DNA of 64,000 nt. It comes from Escherichia coli. GTDB lineage: Bacteria > Pseudomonadota > Gammaproteobacteria > Enterobacterales > Enterobacteriaceae. The position numbers and the translations under genes were made by a program. This document shows positions 33,850 to 49,079 of this stretch, piece by piece (positions within the stretch are counted from its first letter, which is position 1; the number at the start of each line of letters is the position of its first letter). The stretch lies in the NCBI RefSeq assembly GCF_044324785.1, contig NZ_CP172127.1; one strand, 5' to 3'. Below the pieces are notes generated by a model. The model searched no databases. It was not told the DNA's origin and saw nothing but the letters and a program-made list of their open reading frames with translations.

Positions 33850-34700
33850 GGTTTACGTTTTTCCAGCGTACGATGGCGTGACTGGACGTTTTTACCGCGT
33901 GAGCGGAAGTAGTCTGCCAGTTGCTCTGCAATATACACCGAACGGTGCTTCCCGCCGGTACAACCAATGGCGACCGTCAGGTAGCTACGGTTGTTGGTTT
34001 CCAGCATAGGTAACCATAGCTCAAGATAGCTTCGCGTCTGGTAGATAAAATTGTGTACTTCTGTGTGGCGGTCGAGGAACGCGGCGACGGGCTTATCAAG
34101 ACCTGTCATTGGACGCAGTTTCGGATCCCAGTGCGGGTTCGGCAAGAAGCGCACGTCAAAGACGTAATCTGCATCGATAGGGATACCGTGTTTGAAGCCG
34201 AAAGACTCAAAGACCATGGTCAGTTCGCGTTCACGTTTACCCAGCAGACGGGTACGCAGCATTTCAGCCAGCTCGTGAACGGACATTTCTGAGGTATCGA
34301 CAATCAGATCCGCTCGCGAACGCAGAGGCTCCAGCAAATCGCTTTCTTTGTCGATAGCACTTTCCAGCGACAGGTTTTTGCTGGAAAGCGGATGCAGTCG
34401 GCGCGTGTCACTGTAACGACGAATTAAGGTATTACGGTCGGCATCCAGGAACAGGAGTTGCGGTGAGAAAGCGTCAGGCAGGTTACTCATCGCCTGTTCG
34501 AATATTTCTGGTGACTCCGGCATATTACGAACATCAATGCTGACGGCGGCAGAAATCTCGCGATCGGCCAGGGTTCGAGCCAGATCGGGTAACAACACTA
34601 CGGGAAGGTTATCCACGCAGTAAAAACCCATATCTTCCAGCGCACGCAGGGCGACAGATTTACCTGAACCTGAACGTCCGCTGACGATCATCAGTACCAT
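33846..34700 (-). CDS. rapZ: RNase adaptor protein RapZ (YhbJ)
   Basis: 284-aa ORF with Walker A GRSGSGKS; 4-nt overlap with npr start. Confidence 0.94.
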
Positions 34701-34745
34701 GTACTGTTTCTCCTCACAACGTCTAAAAGAGACATTACCGAATAA

Positions 34746-35237
34746 CTACGCTTCATCCGGAGTACCTTCGGTATCCGTAATGATTTGATACAGCTCTTCA
34801 TCGCTCTGGGCTGCGCGTAAACGGCGGCAGATGGTTTTGTCCGCCAGACGTTTCGCCACCAGCGACAGAGTATGCAGGTGCGTTTTAGTTTGGTCTGCCG
34901 GCACCAGCAGGGCAAAAAGTAAGTCCACCGGTTGGTTGTCGATGGCATCGAAAGCTATAGGCGTTTCGAGCTGAACGAAAACGCCAACGGCGCGCAGAGT
35001 ATCTTCTTCCAGTTTGCCATGCGGAATGGCAATACCATTGCCGATACCGGTACTGCCCATTTTTTCCCGCGTCAGGATAGCTTCAAAAACCACCTGAGGC
35101 GGCAGGCTAAGTTGTTTCGCCGCCAGCTCGCTGATGATTTCCAGGGCGCGTTTTTTGCTCTGACAGTGGACGCGGCTTCGCGTACATTCCCTGTTAAGAA
35201 CACTGCTAAGCTGTAGAGTTGTATCATTATTTGTCAT
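34746..35237 (-). CDS. ptsN: nitrogen-PTS enzyme IIA(Ntr)
   Basis: ORF 34746..35261 trimmed to ATG 35237 (MTNNDTTLQLSSVLN), 163 aa. Confidence 0.92.
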   Translation of the reverse strand: MTNNDTTLQLSSVLNRECTRSRVHCQSKKRALEIISELAAKQLSLPPQVVFEAILTREKMGSTGIGNGIAIPHGKLEEDTLRAVGVFVQLETPIAFDAIDNQPVDLLFALLVPADQTKTHLHTLSLVAKRLADKTICRRLRAAQSDEELYQIITDTEGTPDEA

Positions 35238-35354
35238 AATTTCACCTAAGAACCTGCCCACTCAAACAGTGGAACAGGCTCGGAGCATTAACCGTACAAA
35301 TGGCCCGTTGTGCCGCACAACAGGCCGCCATGCACATGCTAATTGCCCGGACAA

Positions 35355-35642
35355 TTAGTGTTGTTTCAGTTTATCTTTATGTTTGGTCAACTGGCGTGCC
35401 AGCTTATCAATTAAGCCATCAATGGCAGCGTACATGTCCTGACCTTCCGCGCTGGCATGAATTTCACCACCGTTTACATGCAGTGTTGCATCTGAGGTGT
35501 GGGTGACTTTCTCCACTTTCAGAACAACATAGACCTGGTTGATTCGATCAAAATATTGCTCAAGTTTGGCAAATTTGGCTGTAACAAATTCGCGCAGTGC
35601 CTCGGTGATCTCGACGTTATTTCCGGTAATGTTGAGCTGCAT
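35355..35642 (-). CDS. hpf: ribosome hibernation promoting factor
   Basis: ORF 35355..35726 trimmed to ATG 35642 (MQLNITGNNVEITEALREF), 95 aa. Confidence 0.92.
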   Translation of the reverse strand: MQLNITGNNVEITEALREFVTAKFAKLEQYFDRINQVYVVLKVEKVTHTSDATLHVNGGEIHASAEGQDMYAAIDGLIDKLARQLTKHKDKLKQH

Positions 35643-35664
35643 AGTGTCTTCCTTATCGGTTGGG

Positions 35665-37098
35665 TCAAACGAGCTGTTTACGCTGGTTTGACGGCGGAAT
35701 GGATAAAGACTCTCGGTACTTCGCAACAGTGCGGCGTGCCACCATGATACCTTGTTCCGACAGCAAAGAGGTTAACTTGCTGTCGCTCAACGGTTTCGCT
35801 GGGTTTTCCGCCGCGATTAATTTCTTCACCAGCGCACGAATCGCCGTGGAGGAAGCTTCGCCGCCGCCCTCGGTATTGACGTGACTGGAAAAGAAATACT
35901 TCAGTTCAAAAATGCCTCGTGGACTATGCAGGTATTTTTGCGTGGTCACGCGAGATATCGTCGATTCATGCATTTCGACAGCCTGGGCGATATCGGCCAG
36001 TACCATCGGTTTCATATATTCTTCGCCTTGCTCAAAGAAGGCTTGCTGCTGTTCAACGATACAGCGACTCACGCGCAGTAGCGTATCGTTACGGCTTTCC
36101 AGACTCTTGATCAACCATTTGGCATCCTGCAGATTGCTGCGGATAAACTGGCTGTCACCATCGTTGCGCGCGTTATTGCACATCGAGGCGTAGTGCTGGT
36201 TGATTTGCAGACGCGGAATGCTGTCACTGTTGAGTTCTACCGTCCAGTGACCGTTATGCTTACGCACCAGCACATCTGGAATGACATACTCAGGTTCGCC
36301 AGTCTGGATCGACTGCCCGGGGCGCGGATCGAGCGACTGGATCAGATTGACGGCTTCTTTCAGCACATCTTCTTTCAGACGCGTGACGCGCATTAAAGTG
36401 CGGAAGTCGTGATTGGCTAACAGATCGAGATGATCGCTAATGATCAGTCTGGCCTCTTCCAGCCACGGCGTGGTCTTATCGAATTGGGAGAGTTGGATCA
36501 GCAGACAGTCACGCAGATCTTTTGCCGCCACACCGACCGGATCAAACCGTTGGATCCGCTTAAGGACGGCTTCAACTTCGTCGATGTCGATCTCTTCATC
36601 GCCCATACTTTCGAGAATATCTTCCAGCGGGACAGTCAGATAACCGGTGTCATCAACGGCATCGACGATAGAGGTAGCAATAGCGCGGTCAGTGTCAGAA
36701 AACGGTGTCAACTCGACCTGCCACATCAGGTAATCCTGCAAGGTCTGCGTCGTTTCGCCCTGATAGACCGGCAGCTCGTCGTCAATGTAGTCACCGCTGG
36801 TGCCGGATGGTGTACCAGCGGTGTAAATGGTGTCCCAACTGGCATCGAGCGGCAGCTCTTCCGGCATCTCTTTTTGTTCGAGCGCGTCGGCGGTGTCCAG
36901 CGTTTCACTGTCTTGCGTTTCGCGGGTGTCGATTTCTTCATGAGTGTCGATTTGCTCAAGCAGCGGATTACTCTCCAGCGCCTGCTGTAGCTCCTGCTGA
37001 AGTTCCAGCGTCGACAACTGCAACAGACGAATTGCCTGTTGGAGCTGTGGCGTCATCGCCAGTTGTTGGCTAAGCCTGAGTTGCAAACCTTGCTTCAT
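35665..37098 (-). CDS. rpoN: RNA polymerase sigma-54 factor
   Basis: 477-aa ORF; Gln/Leu-rich region I, RpoN box [10 protein letters not shown]. Confidence 0.97.
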   Translation of the reverse strand: MKQGLQLRLSQQLAMTPQLQQAIRLLQLSTLELQQELQQALESNPLLEQIDTHEEIDTRETQDSETLDTADALEQKEMPEELPLDASWDTIYTAGTPSGTSGDYIDDELPVYQGETTQTLQDYLMWQVELTPFSDTDRAIATSIVDAVDDTGYLTVPLEDILESMGDEEIDIDEVEAVLKRIQRFDPVGVAAKDLRDCLLIQLSQFDKTTPWLEEARLIISDHLDLLANHDFRTLMRVTRLKEDVLKEAVNLIQSLDPRPGQSIQTGEPEYVIPDVLVRKHNGHWTVELNSDSIPRLQINQHYASMCNNARNDGDSQFIRSNLQDAKWLIKSLESRNDTLLRVSRCIVEQQQAFFEQGEEYMKPMVLADIAQAVEMHESTISRVTTQKYLHSPRGIFELKYFFSSHVNTEGGGEASSTAIRALVKKLIAAENPAKPLSDSKLTSLLSEQGIMVARRTVAKYRESLSIPPSNQRKQLV

Positions 37099-37145
37099 GT
37101 TCAGAATCGTACTCTCCTGCTAAAACGTCGCAAACTTCTACCCTA

Positions 37146-37871
37146 TCAGAGTCTGAAGTCTTCCCCAAGGTATACACGCTTAACGTGTTCGTCTTGTAAG
37201 ATTTCTGTAGGCGTGCCGTGGGCGATCAAATGCCCCTGACTGACGATATAAGCGCGTTCACAAACCGCCAGTGTTTCACGCACGTTGTGGTCAGTGATCA
37301 GTACGCCCAGGCCGCTGTCGCGCAGGTGTTCAATGATGCGTTTAATGTCGATAACCGAGATCGGGTCAACCCCGGCAAACGGTTCGTCGAGCAGAATAAA
37401 TTTCGGATTCGCAGCCAGTGCGCGGGCAATTTCTACACGGCGACGTTCACCCCCGGAGAGTGACTGCCCCATGCTGTCACGCAAGTGTTCAATGTGAAAC
37501 TCTTCCATCAGCTCGTTCGCGCGGTCTTCACGTTGTTCAGCAGACAAGTCGTCACGAATTTGCAGTACCGCCATCAGGTTATCGTAAACGCTGAGGCGAC
37601 GGAAAATGGAGGCTTCCTGCGGCAGATAGCCGATACCGCGGCGCGCGCGTGCATGCAGAGGCAGCAGACTGATATCGTCATCATCAATAATGATGTTGCC
37701 CGCATCGCGCGGCACAATGCCTACAACCATGTAGAAAGTGGTGGTCTTACCGGCACCGTTTGGCCCCAGCAGACCGACAATTTCCCCGGAGTTGACGGTC
37801 AGGCTGACGTCTTCTACCACGCGACGGCCTTTATAGGCTTTTGCAAGGTTCTTTGCAGTTAATGTTGCCAT
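37146..37871 (-). CDS. lptB: LPS export ABC transporter ATP-binding protein LptB
   Basis: 241-aa ORF, Walker [13 protein letters not shown] signature LSGGERRR. Confidence 0.96.
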
Positions 37872-37877
37872 AACGAA

Positions 37878-38435
37878 TTAATTACCCTTCTTCTGTGCCG
37901 GGGTCTGGCCTTTGTTGTTTTTGTCCTGCAGCTGCGACGGCACCAGAACGGTGGTTACGCGCTTACCTTTGTCGCTGAAAGCCTGCATTTTCTGCTCTTT
38001 CACCAGGTAAGTGATCTTATCGCCCTTAATGTTGCTATCGACCTGCTGCAGATAAGCATTACCCGTCAGAACGACAAAATCTTTTGCCAGTTCGTAGTGC
38101 ATCTGGGAAGCGTGACCTTCAACGGGTTTACCGTTGTCCTGCATCTGGTAGAACGTTGCCGGTTTACCGTAGCCGTCAATCACTTCTTTACCTTGTTCGC
38201 CGCCTGGACGGGTAACGACCACTTTGTCGGCATTAATTTTGATGGTGCCCTGGGTGACGATGACATTACCGGTAAAGGTAACCACGTTGCCTTGCATATC
38301 AAGAGATTGCTGGTCCGATTCAATGTGGATCGGCTGATCAGTGTCTCCGGTTACGGCAAATGCCGGAATGCTGGCGGCCAGAAGTGAGCTGGCAAGCACA
38401 AGATTAAGGCTGAGTTTGTTTGTTTTGAATTTCAT
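37878..38435 (-). CDS. lptA: periplasmic LPS transport protein LptA
   Basis: ORF 37878..38456 trimmed to ATG 38435 (MKFKTNKLSLNLVLASSLLAASIPAFA), 185 aa. Confidence 0.93.
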   Translation of the reverse strand: MKFKTNKLSLNLVLASSLLAASIPAFAVTGDTDQPIHIESDQQSLDMQGNVVTFTGNVIVTQGTIKINADKVVVTRPGGEQGKEVIDGYGKPATFYQMQDNGKPVEGHASQMHYELAKDFVVLTGNAYLQQVDSNIKGDKITYLVKEQKMQAFSDKGKRVTTVLVPSQLQDKNNKGQTPAQKKGN

Positions 38436-38979
38436 AGGATGTTCTAACCTTTTCAATCAGCTCGGCGTTCTTGCTGCGTAAGTTGCCGCGCATTTTCAGA
38501 CCGCTGGAGTTAAATGTTGTTCCGTATAACGTGACGAGGTCTTCAGAGGTAACATCCTGCGTCACCAGATTGATCTGCGCGTTATCCGTCGTGATTCTGC
38601 GAAGTTGAGAGTCCGGCACGAGTGCGTTGACTTCAACGTGTCCATATAAATAGAGCATCCGGTCATTGGTCAGCTTGGCTTTATCTGCTTTTACGGACCA
38701 TGTCGGGATTTTATCCTTATCAAACGTGGTAAGTACCGGCTGCGTAAACCACGAAACGGCCTGATCGGAATAATATTCAACGTGTTGAGCAATCAATCGA
38801 TAGCTTAGTGCCCCTTCTGGGTTATAGACGAGCGTGTCCGTATGCTCGCTTTTATAGGTGGGATCATTGTTGTTGACGACCACCTGGGCGGTATCGTCTT
38901 TTTCGGCCATATTAATGCCGATCATCACCAGAACCGCCAGTGATAGCACAATGATAACCCAACGTCTGGCTTTACTCAT
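38404..38979 (-). CDS. lptC: LPS export inner-membrane anchor protein LptC
   Basis: 191-aa ORF with N-terminal TM anchor; 3' end overlaps lptA start by 32 nt. Confidence 0.94.
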   Translation of the reverse strand: MSKARRWVIIVLSLAVLVMIGINMAEKDDTAQVVVNNNDPTYKSEHTDTLVYNPEGALSYRLIAQHVEYYSDQAVSWFTQPVLTTFDKDKIPTWSVKADKAKLTNDRMLYLYGHVEVNALVPDSQLRRITTDNAQINLVTQDVTSEDLVTLYGTTFNSSGLKMRGNLRSKNAELIEKVRTSYEIQNKQTQP

Positions 38980-39542
38980 ATCGATTGCCCTTTGGCTTCA
39001 TCCAGTTTTCCCTGCGCCAGGAGTAATAAGTCGCAAACTTCGCGCACTGCGCCACGACCGCCAGCAATGCGCGTCACGTAATCGGCGCGCGGGATCAACA
39101 GTGGATGCGCATCGGCCACGGCGACGCTTAAACCCACTTTTTCCATTACCGGCCAGTCGATGAGATCATCGCCGACATAGGCCACATTTTCCGGGGCAAT
39201 CGCCAGTTTTTCCAGCAGATCGCTAAAGGCGATCAGTTTGTTTGACTGCCCCTGATACAAGTGAGTGATCCCCAATGTGGCACAACGATCTTCTACCAGT
39301 TTAGCCTTTCGCCCGGTAATGATAGCGACTTCAATATCAGAGGTGAGCGCACAACGAATGCCATAACCGTCACGAACATTGAACGCTTTCAGCTCTTCGC
39401 CGTTATTGCCCATATAAATCAGGCCATCTGACAGTACGCCATCGACATCGAGGATCAGCAGACGAATGTTCTCTGCTTTTGCTATAACGTCGGCGCTGAC
39501 AGGGCCGTAACAGGTCGCAAGCGACGCACCTGCTTTGCTCAT
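38976..39542 (-). CDS. kdsC: KDO-8-phosphate phosphatase (HAD family)
   Basis: 188-aa ORF with HAD motif LLILDVDGVLSDG; 4-nt overlap with lptC. Confidence 0.95.
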   Translation of the reverse strand: MSKAGASLATCYGPVSADVIAKAENIRLLILDVDGVLSDGLIYMGNNGEELKAFNVRDGYGIRCALTSDIEVAIITGRKAKLVEDRCATLGITHLYQGQSNKLIAFSDLLEKLAIAPENVAYVGDDLIDWPVMEKVGLSVAVADAHPLLIPRADYVTRIAGGRGAVREVCDLLLLAQGKLDEAKGQSI

Positions 39543-39562
39543 TGTTGTTTATCCTTGAATCT

Positions 39563-40549
39563 TTACACTACGCCTGCACGCAGTAAATCATGCATATGTA
39601 ACACACCGAGTAAATGGTCGCCATCGGCAACCATCACGGAGGTGATATGGCGGGACTGCATTAAGTTCAGTGCCTCAACGGCCAGAATGCCAGGGCGCAC
39701 ACGTATTCCCCCCGGCGTCATCACATCGGCAATACTTAACTGACGAACATCCACGCCCATATCGAAGACACGGCGTAAATCACCGTCGGTAAAGATGCCT
39801 TCAATCATCATATTGTCATCGCAAATGACAGTCATACCAAGATTTTTGCGGGTAACTTCCAGCAATGCGTCACGCAGACTGGCCGTTTTTTTAACATGCG
39901 GGATCTCATCGCCCGTATGCATAATATCGTTTACGCGCAGCAGAAGTTTACGACCCAGTGCGCCGCCTGGGTGTGAGAGCGCAAAATCTTCAGCAGTAAA
40001 GCCGCGTGCTTTTAACAGCGCGACAGCGAGGGCATCGCCCATAACCAGCGTGGCGGTGGTGCTGCTGGTCGGTGCCAGCCCTAACGGACAGGCTTCTTTC
40101 GCTACTTTAACACACAGATGCACATCTGCGGCGCGCGCCATGCTGCTCTCCGGGCGACCGGTGATGCAGATTAACGGTACGTGAAGACGCTTAAGCACTG
40201 GAATTAAGGCCGTGATTTCGCTGGATTCACCTGAGTTAGAGATAGCAATCACCACATCCTGTGGGGTGACCATGCCTAAATCACCATGCGCGGCTTCACC
40301 AGGATGGACGAAAAATGAAGGTGTACCGGTGCTGGCAAACGTTGCGGCCATTTTGCGCCCGATGTGCCCCGATTTCCCCATCCCCATGACGACAACTTTC
40401 CCTTTACACCAGAACATCTTTTCACAGGCAAGCGTGAAATTCTGATTGATGTATTGATCAAGCTCCGCCAGGCATTCACGTTCAATCGCCAGGACTTCTT
40501 TACCTGCTTGCTGAAAGTCAAAACCCGGTTGTAACTCTACGTGCGACAT
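39563..40549 (-). CDS. kdsD: D-arabinose 5-phosphate isomerase (SIS + CBS domains)
   Basis: ORF 39563..40570 trimmed to ATG 40549 (MSHVELQPGFDFQQAGKEVL), 328 aa. Confidence 0.93.
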   Translation of the reverse strand: MSHVELQPGFDFQQAGKEVLAIERECLAELDQYINQNFTLACEKMFWCKGKVVVMGMGKSGHIGRKMAATFASTGTPSFFVHPGEAAHGDLGMVTPQDVVIAISNSGESSEITALIPVLKRLHVPLICITGRPESSMARAADVHLCVKVAKEACPLGLAPTSSTTATLVMGDALAVALLKARGFTAEDFALSHPGGALGRKLLLRVNDIMHTGDEIPHVKKTASLRDALLEVTRKNLGMTVICDDNMMIEGIFTDGDLRRVFDMGVDVRQLSIADVMTPGGIRVRPGILAVEALNLMQSRHITSVMVADGDHLLGVLHMHDLLRAGVV

Positions 40550-40562
40550 AATGCGTTTCCAG

Positions 40563-41540
40563 TTATTCAACGAGTATTGGCGATAACCAGTACAACATCG
40601 CCAGCCATACGATAAATCCGCCAGTTAATAATACCCCTACACCACGGCCCGGTTGCGGGGAGCGCCGCCAGCACAGCAACGCAAAAATAATGCTCACCAG
40701 CAACATCACGCTGTAGTCACGACTGTACGCCAGTGGATCAATCTCTCCTGGCGTTATCAGCGCGGGTAAACCCAACACGATGACAATATTAAAAATGTTT
40801 GCGCCAATGATATTTCCGACAGCAATGTCGTTTTCACCTTTGCGAACCCCCGCTATTGCGGTTGCCAGTTCCGGCAGGCTGGTTCCGATAGCAATTGCCG
40901 TCAAACCCATCGTCAACTCGCTGATGGCAAAGTAATTCGCCAGCACCGTGGCGTTATCAACCACCATCCGCGTGGCCACTGGCATGATGATAAGCGCAAT
41001 GCCGAGCCATAAAAACGCGACGGGCAATCCGCCGTCACGCGGCAGCTCTGCAAGCTGCTCTCTGGTCAGGCTGTCAGTCCCCTGACGTTCAGCCTGACGT
41101 GCAAGTTTAACAATGAACAGCAGCCATAGCACAGCCAGAAAGAGGAGAAAGATACCATCGCTGCGACTAAGTTGTCCGTCATAGAGTACGGAACCGGCCA
41201 CCACGCTGACCAACAACATTAAGGGTAATTCACGGCGCAGAACATCGGAATGGACGGTAAAAGGACGAACCAGCGCAGCCAGACCGAGGATCAGCAATAT
41301 ATTGATAATGTTTGAGCCGAGGGCTGTACCAACGGCTAAATCGCGTTGTTCGTGCAGAGACGCGGCAAGCGAGACGATGATTTCTGGTAACGATGTACCA
41401 ATACTGACCACCGTCATGCCGATGATCAGCGGCGGGATGCCAAAGGTTCGGCAAAGAATAGACGCGGCAAAAACCAGGCGGTCGGCACTGTAAACGACCA
41501 AAAGTAAACCAACAATTAACAGTGCCGTAGCTAAAAGCAT
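40563..41540 (-). CDS. yrbG: CaCA-family cation/Ca2+ exchanger-like membrane protein YrbG
   Basis: 325-aa polytopic membrane ORF with duplicated alpha-repeat motifs (GTSLPE). Confidence 0.92.
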   Translation of the reverse strand: MLLATALLIVGLLLVVYSADRLVFAASILCRTFGIPPLIIGMTVVSIGTSLPEIIVSLAASLHEQRDLAVGTALGSNIINILLILGLAALVRPFTVHSDVLRRELPLMLLVSVVAGSVLYDGQLSRSDGIFLLFLAVLWLLFIVKLARQAERQGTDSLTREQLAELPRDGGLPVAFLWLGIALIIMPVATRMVVDNATVLANYFAISELTMGLTAIAIGTSLPELATAIAGVRKGENDIAVGNIIGANIFNIVIVLGLPALITPGEIDPLAYSRDYSVMLLVSIIFALLCWRRSPQPGRGVGVLLTGGFIVWLAMLYWLSPILVE

Positions 41541-41749
41541 CTAACGTCCTTTCTTCAGGTATACTCGCCGGTCCGCTGAAGATTTTCAGAAAGCCGTAAC
41601 GGATTCTTAATTTTGACTTTATGCGGCTAAAAAGTAAAACAAATGCCAGCTTTCGCTAACCACGGCGGGTAATATTCTGTAAATATGTTGGGTTCAAGGT
41701 TAAATTGAGCGCCATGCTTAGAAAATCAACGCAAGACGAAGGGTGAATT

Positions 41750-43349
<1,600 letters not shown>

Positions 43350-43353
43350 GTTC

Positions 43354-43905
43354 ATGCAAACGAAAAAAAATGAAATTTGGGTGGGTATCTTTTTATTAGC
43401 AGCACTACTGGCGGCGCTGTTTGTTTGCCTGAAGGCGGCGAACGTGACGTCCATACGTACTGAACCGACCTACACGCTTTATGCGACGTTCGATAACATT
43501 GGCGGCCTGAAAGCGCGCTCTCCGGTCAGCATTGGTGGTGTTGTTGTGGGCCGGGTGGCGGATATTACGCTGGACCCGAAAACCTATCTGCCGCGCGTAA
43601 CGCTGGAAATTGAACAACGTTATAACCACATTCCTGATACCAGTTCGCTGAGCATTCGTACTTCCGGCCTGCTGGGGGAACAATATCTGGCATTAAACGT
43701 CGGTTTTGAAGACCCGGAACTGGGGACTGCTATCCTGAAGGATGGCGATACAATTCAGGACACCAAGTCTGCGATGGTGCTGGAAGATCTTATTGGTCAG
43801 TTCCTTTACGGTAGTAAAGGCGATGACAATAAGAATAGTGGCGATGCGCCAGCTGCTGCGCCAGGTAATAATGAAACCACTGAACCTGTGGGTACAACGA
43901 AATAA
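43354..43905 (+). CDS. mlaD: MCE-domain phospholipid-binding protein MlaD
   Basis: ORF 43339..43905 begins at TTG; ATG 43354 (MQTKKNEIWVGIFLL) gives 183 aa. Confidence 0.93.
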   Translation: MQTKKNEIWVGIFLLAALLAALFVCLKAANVTSIRTEPTYTLYATFDNIGGLKARSPVSIGGVVVGRVADITLDPKTYLPRVTLEIEQRYNHIPDTSSLSIRTSGLLGEQYLALNVGFEDPELGTAILKDGDTIQDTKSAMVLEDLIGQFLYGSKGDDNKNSGDAPAAAPGNNETTEPVGTTK

Positions 43906-44558
<653 letters not shown>

Positions 44559-44559
<1 letters not shown>

Positions 44560-44852
44560 TGAGCGAGTCACTGAGCTGGATGCAGACGGGTGACACACTG
44601 GCGTTATCCGGAGAGCTGGATCAGGACGTTCTGCTACCGCTTTGGGAAATGCGTGAGGAAGCGGTGAAGGGGATTACCTGCATCGATCTTAGCCGTGTGT
44701 CCCGCGTGGATACGGGTGGACTGGCACTGCTGCTCCATCTTATCGATCTGGCGAAAAAGCAGGGCAACAACGTGACGCTTCAGGGGGTAAACGACAAAGT
44801 GTATACCCTGGCGAAATTGTATAATTTGCCTGCTGATGTTCTGCCTCGTTAA
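44559..44852 (+). CDS. mlaB: STAS-domain protein MlaB
   Basis: ORF 44463..44852 trimmed to ATG 44559 (MSESLSWMQTGDTLAL), 97 aa; ATG overlaps mlaC TAA (taATGa). Confidence 0.9.
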
Positions 44853-45011
44853 ATTTTTTCAGGCCGGATATGGCGTTAACCGCCTGTCCGGCAATCCTGC
44901 CTGCAAGTCGAGCCTTGTCTGATTTATCAGCGAGGCTTTTTGCTTATTTATGCCAGCGCAACTTTGCTCTAAGATGTTTCGCTGGTTTATTAACTGATGA
45001 TTGAAGATCCC

Positions 45012-45266
45012 ATGGAAAATAATGAAATTCAGAGCGTGTTGATGAACGCTCTCTCCCTCCAGGAAGTCCACGTTTCCGGCGATGGCAGCCACTTTCAGGT
45101 TATTGCCGTGGGTGAGTTGTTTGACGGCATGAGTCGGGTTAAAAAACAGCAGACGGTCTATGGCCCGCTGATGGAATATATTGCGGATAACCGCATTCAT
45201 GCTGTGTCGATCAAAGCGTATACCCCTGCGGAGTGGGCGCGCGATCGCAAACTGAACGGCTTTTGA
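45012..45266 (+). CDS. ibaG: BolA-family acid-stress protein IbaG (YrbA)
   Basis: ORF 44997..45266; start at ATG 45012 ([33 protein letters not shown]), 84 aa. Confidence 0.88.
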
Positions 45267-45320
45267 GCTATGGGCGATTCGCCGGTAGCGGATATGAATT
45301 GTTAACTGAGAACAAACTAA

Positions 45321-46580
<1,260 letters not shown>

Positions 46581-46596
46581 TCGTCTGAGAGCTGGC

Positions 46597-46614
46597 AGCC
46601 CCGTTCGCGGGGCT
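46597..46614. terminator. UUCG-tetraloop hairpin between convergent murA and sfsB
   Basis: agccccg-ttcg-cggggct, 7-bp GC stem; no immediate T-run, so may act as an RNA 3' stabiliser rather than a classical terminator. Confidence 0.45.
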
Positions 46615-46627
46615 ACCGCCAGACCAC

Positions 46628-46906
46628 TCATTTTTTCGGTTTAGTGTAGCTACGCATCAACTGCGTTCTGTCGATAAACTCATGGGTCTGCGGATCATGG
46701 TAGCGTGATGGCCATATAACCCAGGGGTCAGTTCCCAGGGCTTTCGCAATAATCATCTCTCCTTTCGGCCATGGGCGCGATAATGCATTCGCCAGCGTTG
46801 AGGAACTCAAACCATTTCTGCGAGATTCCGCCGCCATTGACGTTCCCTTCTTGCGCAAACCCGCAATGATGTCAGCGGGATGCCAGTCAATGAAATTACT
46901 TTCCAT
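46628..46906 (-). CDS. sfsB: Ner-like DNA-binding transcriptional regulator SfsB (Nlp)
   Basis: 92-aa ORF MESNFIDWHPADIIAGLRKKG... with HTH. Confidence 0.92.
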   Translation of the reverse strand: MESNFIDWHPADIIAGLRKKGTSMAAESRRNGLSSSTLANALSRPWPKGEMIIAKALGTDPWVIWPSRYHDPQTHEFIDRTQLMRSYTKPKK

Positions 46907-47133
46907 CTTTCCTCACTCCTTAAGTTAGTCGCTTTCATTCAGAACACTTCTTCTGTCGGGCATCACTATACTCCTGATGGCGTATTGTTCTAAAAAGTTC
47001 CTGTAAAGAGTGTGAATATTCAGAATATATAAAGATGTACAGCCCTATTTTTCAGGTGTTATAGAGCTGAATAAGTGTTTTTATGGAATTTACTAGAACC
47101 ATCCCGCGCGCTGCGCGGGATGCGGGGAGGGGA

Positions 47134-48105
47134 TTAACGATCGCGTTGAACAGCGATATGCGCGAGGCCGATGAGTGCTTCTCGCCACGGGGTGTCCGGG
47201 AGCACCTGTAACGCTGCGATGGCTTTGTCTGCTTCTTCCTCGGCACGCTGACGCGTCCATTCAAGAGAGCCACAAGCGTTCATTGCTTCCAGAACCGGTT
47301 CCAGAAGATGACGACCGTTACCCTGTTCGATGGCGGTACGAATCATCTGTGCCTGTTCTGGTGTGCCATGATGCATTGCATGCAGCAGCGGCAGCGTCGG
47401 TTTACCTTCGTTCAGATCGTCGCCGACGTTTTTACCTAACTGTTCGCCATCGGCATTGTAATCGAGTAAATCGTCGATCAACTGGAAAGCAGTGCCGAGA
47501 TAGCGCCCATAATCCTGCAGGCCTTTCTCCTCCTCCGGCGTACAGCCAGCCAGAATCCCGGAACACTGCGCGGCAGCCTCAAACAGACGCGCGGTTTTGC
47601 TATAGATAACGCGCATGTAGTTTTCTTCAGTGATGTCCGGATCGTTAACGTTCATCAGTTGCAGAACTTCACCTTCTGCGATGACGTTTACGGCTTCTGA
47701 CATGACTTCCAGCACTTTGAGCGAACCGAGGCTGGTCATCATCTGGAACGCGCGGGTATAAATAAAATCGCCTACCAGCACGCTGGCGGCATTGCCAAAT
47801 GCGGCGTTGGCGGTAGCTTTACCCCTGCGCATATCTGATTCATCCACAACGTCGTCGTGCAGCAGAGTCGCCGTGTGGATAAACTCGATCAGGGCAGCAA
47901 TGGTGACATGCGCATTTCCCTCATAGCCAACAGCTCGTGCAGCCAGTACAGCAATCATCGGACGAATACGTTTACCGCCGCCGCTGACGATGTAATAGCC
48001 TAACTGATTGATCAGTTGGACGTCGGAATTAAGCTGCTCAAGGATTGCCGCATTAACACCCGCCATATCTTGCGCGGTTAACTCATTGATTTTTTCTAAA
48101 TTCAT
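47134..48105 (-). CDS. ispB: octaprenyl diphosphate synthase
   Basis: 323-aa ORF with polyprenyl synthase motifs DDVVD and DDLLD. Confidence 0.96.
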   Translation of the reverse strand: MNLEKINELTAQDMAGVNAAILEQLNSDVQLINQLGYYIVSGGGKRIRPMIAVLAARAVGYEGNAHVTIAALIEFIHTATLLHDDVVDESDMRRGKATANAAFGNAASVLVGDFIYTRAFQMMTSLGSLKVLEVMSEAVNVIAEGEVLQLMNVNDPDITEENYMRVIYSKTARLFEAAAQCSGILAGCTPEEEKGLQDYGRYLGTAFQLIDDLLDYNADGEQLGKNVGDDLNEGKPTLPLLHAMHHGTPEQAQMIRTAIEQGNGRHLLEPVLEAMNACGSLEWTRQRAEEEADKAIAALQVLPDTPWREALIGLAHIAVQRDR

Positions 48106-48327
48106 CGCAAAAGCCGGGCTTTTCGCCCCGATTACCTTACTGTGAACAAAGGCAACTTAGGGTTTATGGTTAGGAATATAGGGTGATTGTACTGAAAAAA
48201 TGGCACAGATAAACGTTACCGTACAAGTTGTGTTTTTTTTCTTCGTGTATTGACTGTAGCACTTGTCAAAGGCGTGCGTTTTGCGTAATATTCGCGCCCT
48301 ATTGTGAATATTTATAGCGCACTCTGA

Positions 48328-48953
<626 letters not shown>

Positions 48954-48980
48954 GTTTTTCGCGTCCCGGTAACGGATGAA

Positions 48981-49008
48981 AGCCCCGCAACACGTTGCGG
49001 GGCTTTTT
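48981..49008 (+). terminator. intrinsic terminator/attenuator after rpmA
   Basis: agccccgcaa-cacg-ttgcggggct stem-loop followed by TTTT. Confidence 0.8.
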
Positions 49009-49079
49009 ACATTCGATAACCGGTAAAAATGCGCATGGTGCGACGTTAATCCGCAAATGCGCTTTGCAGGGAATACGGT

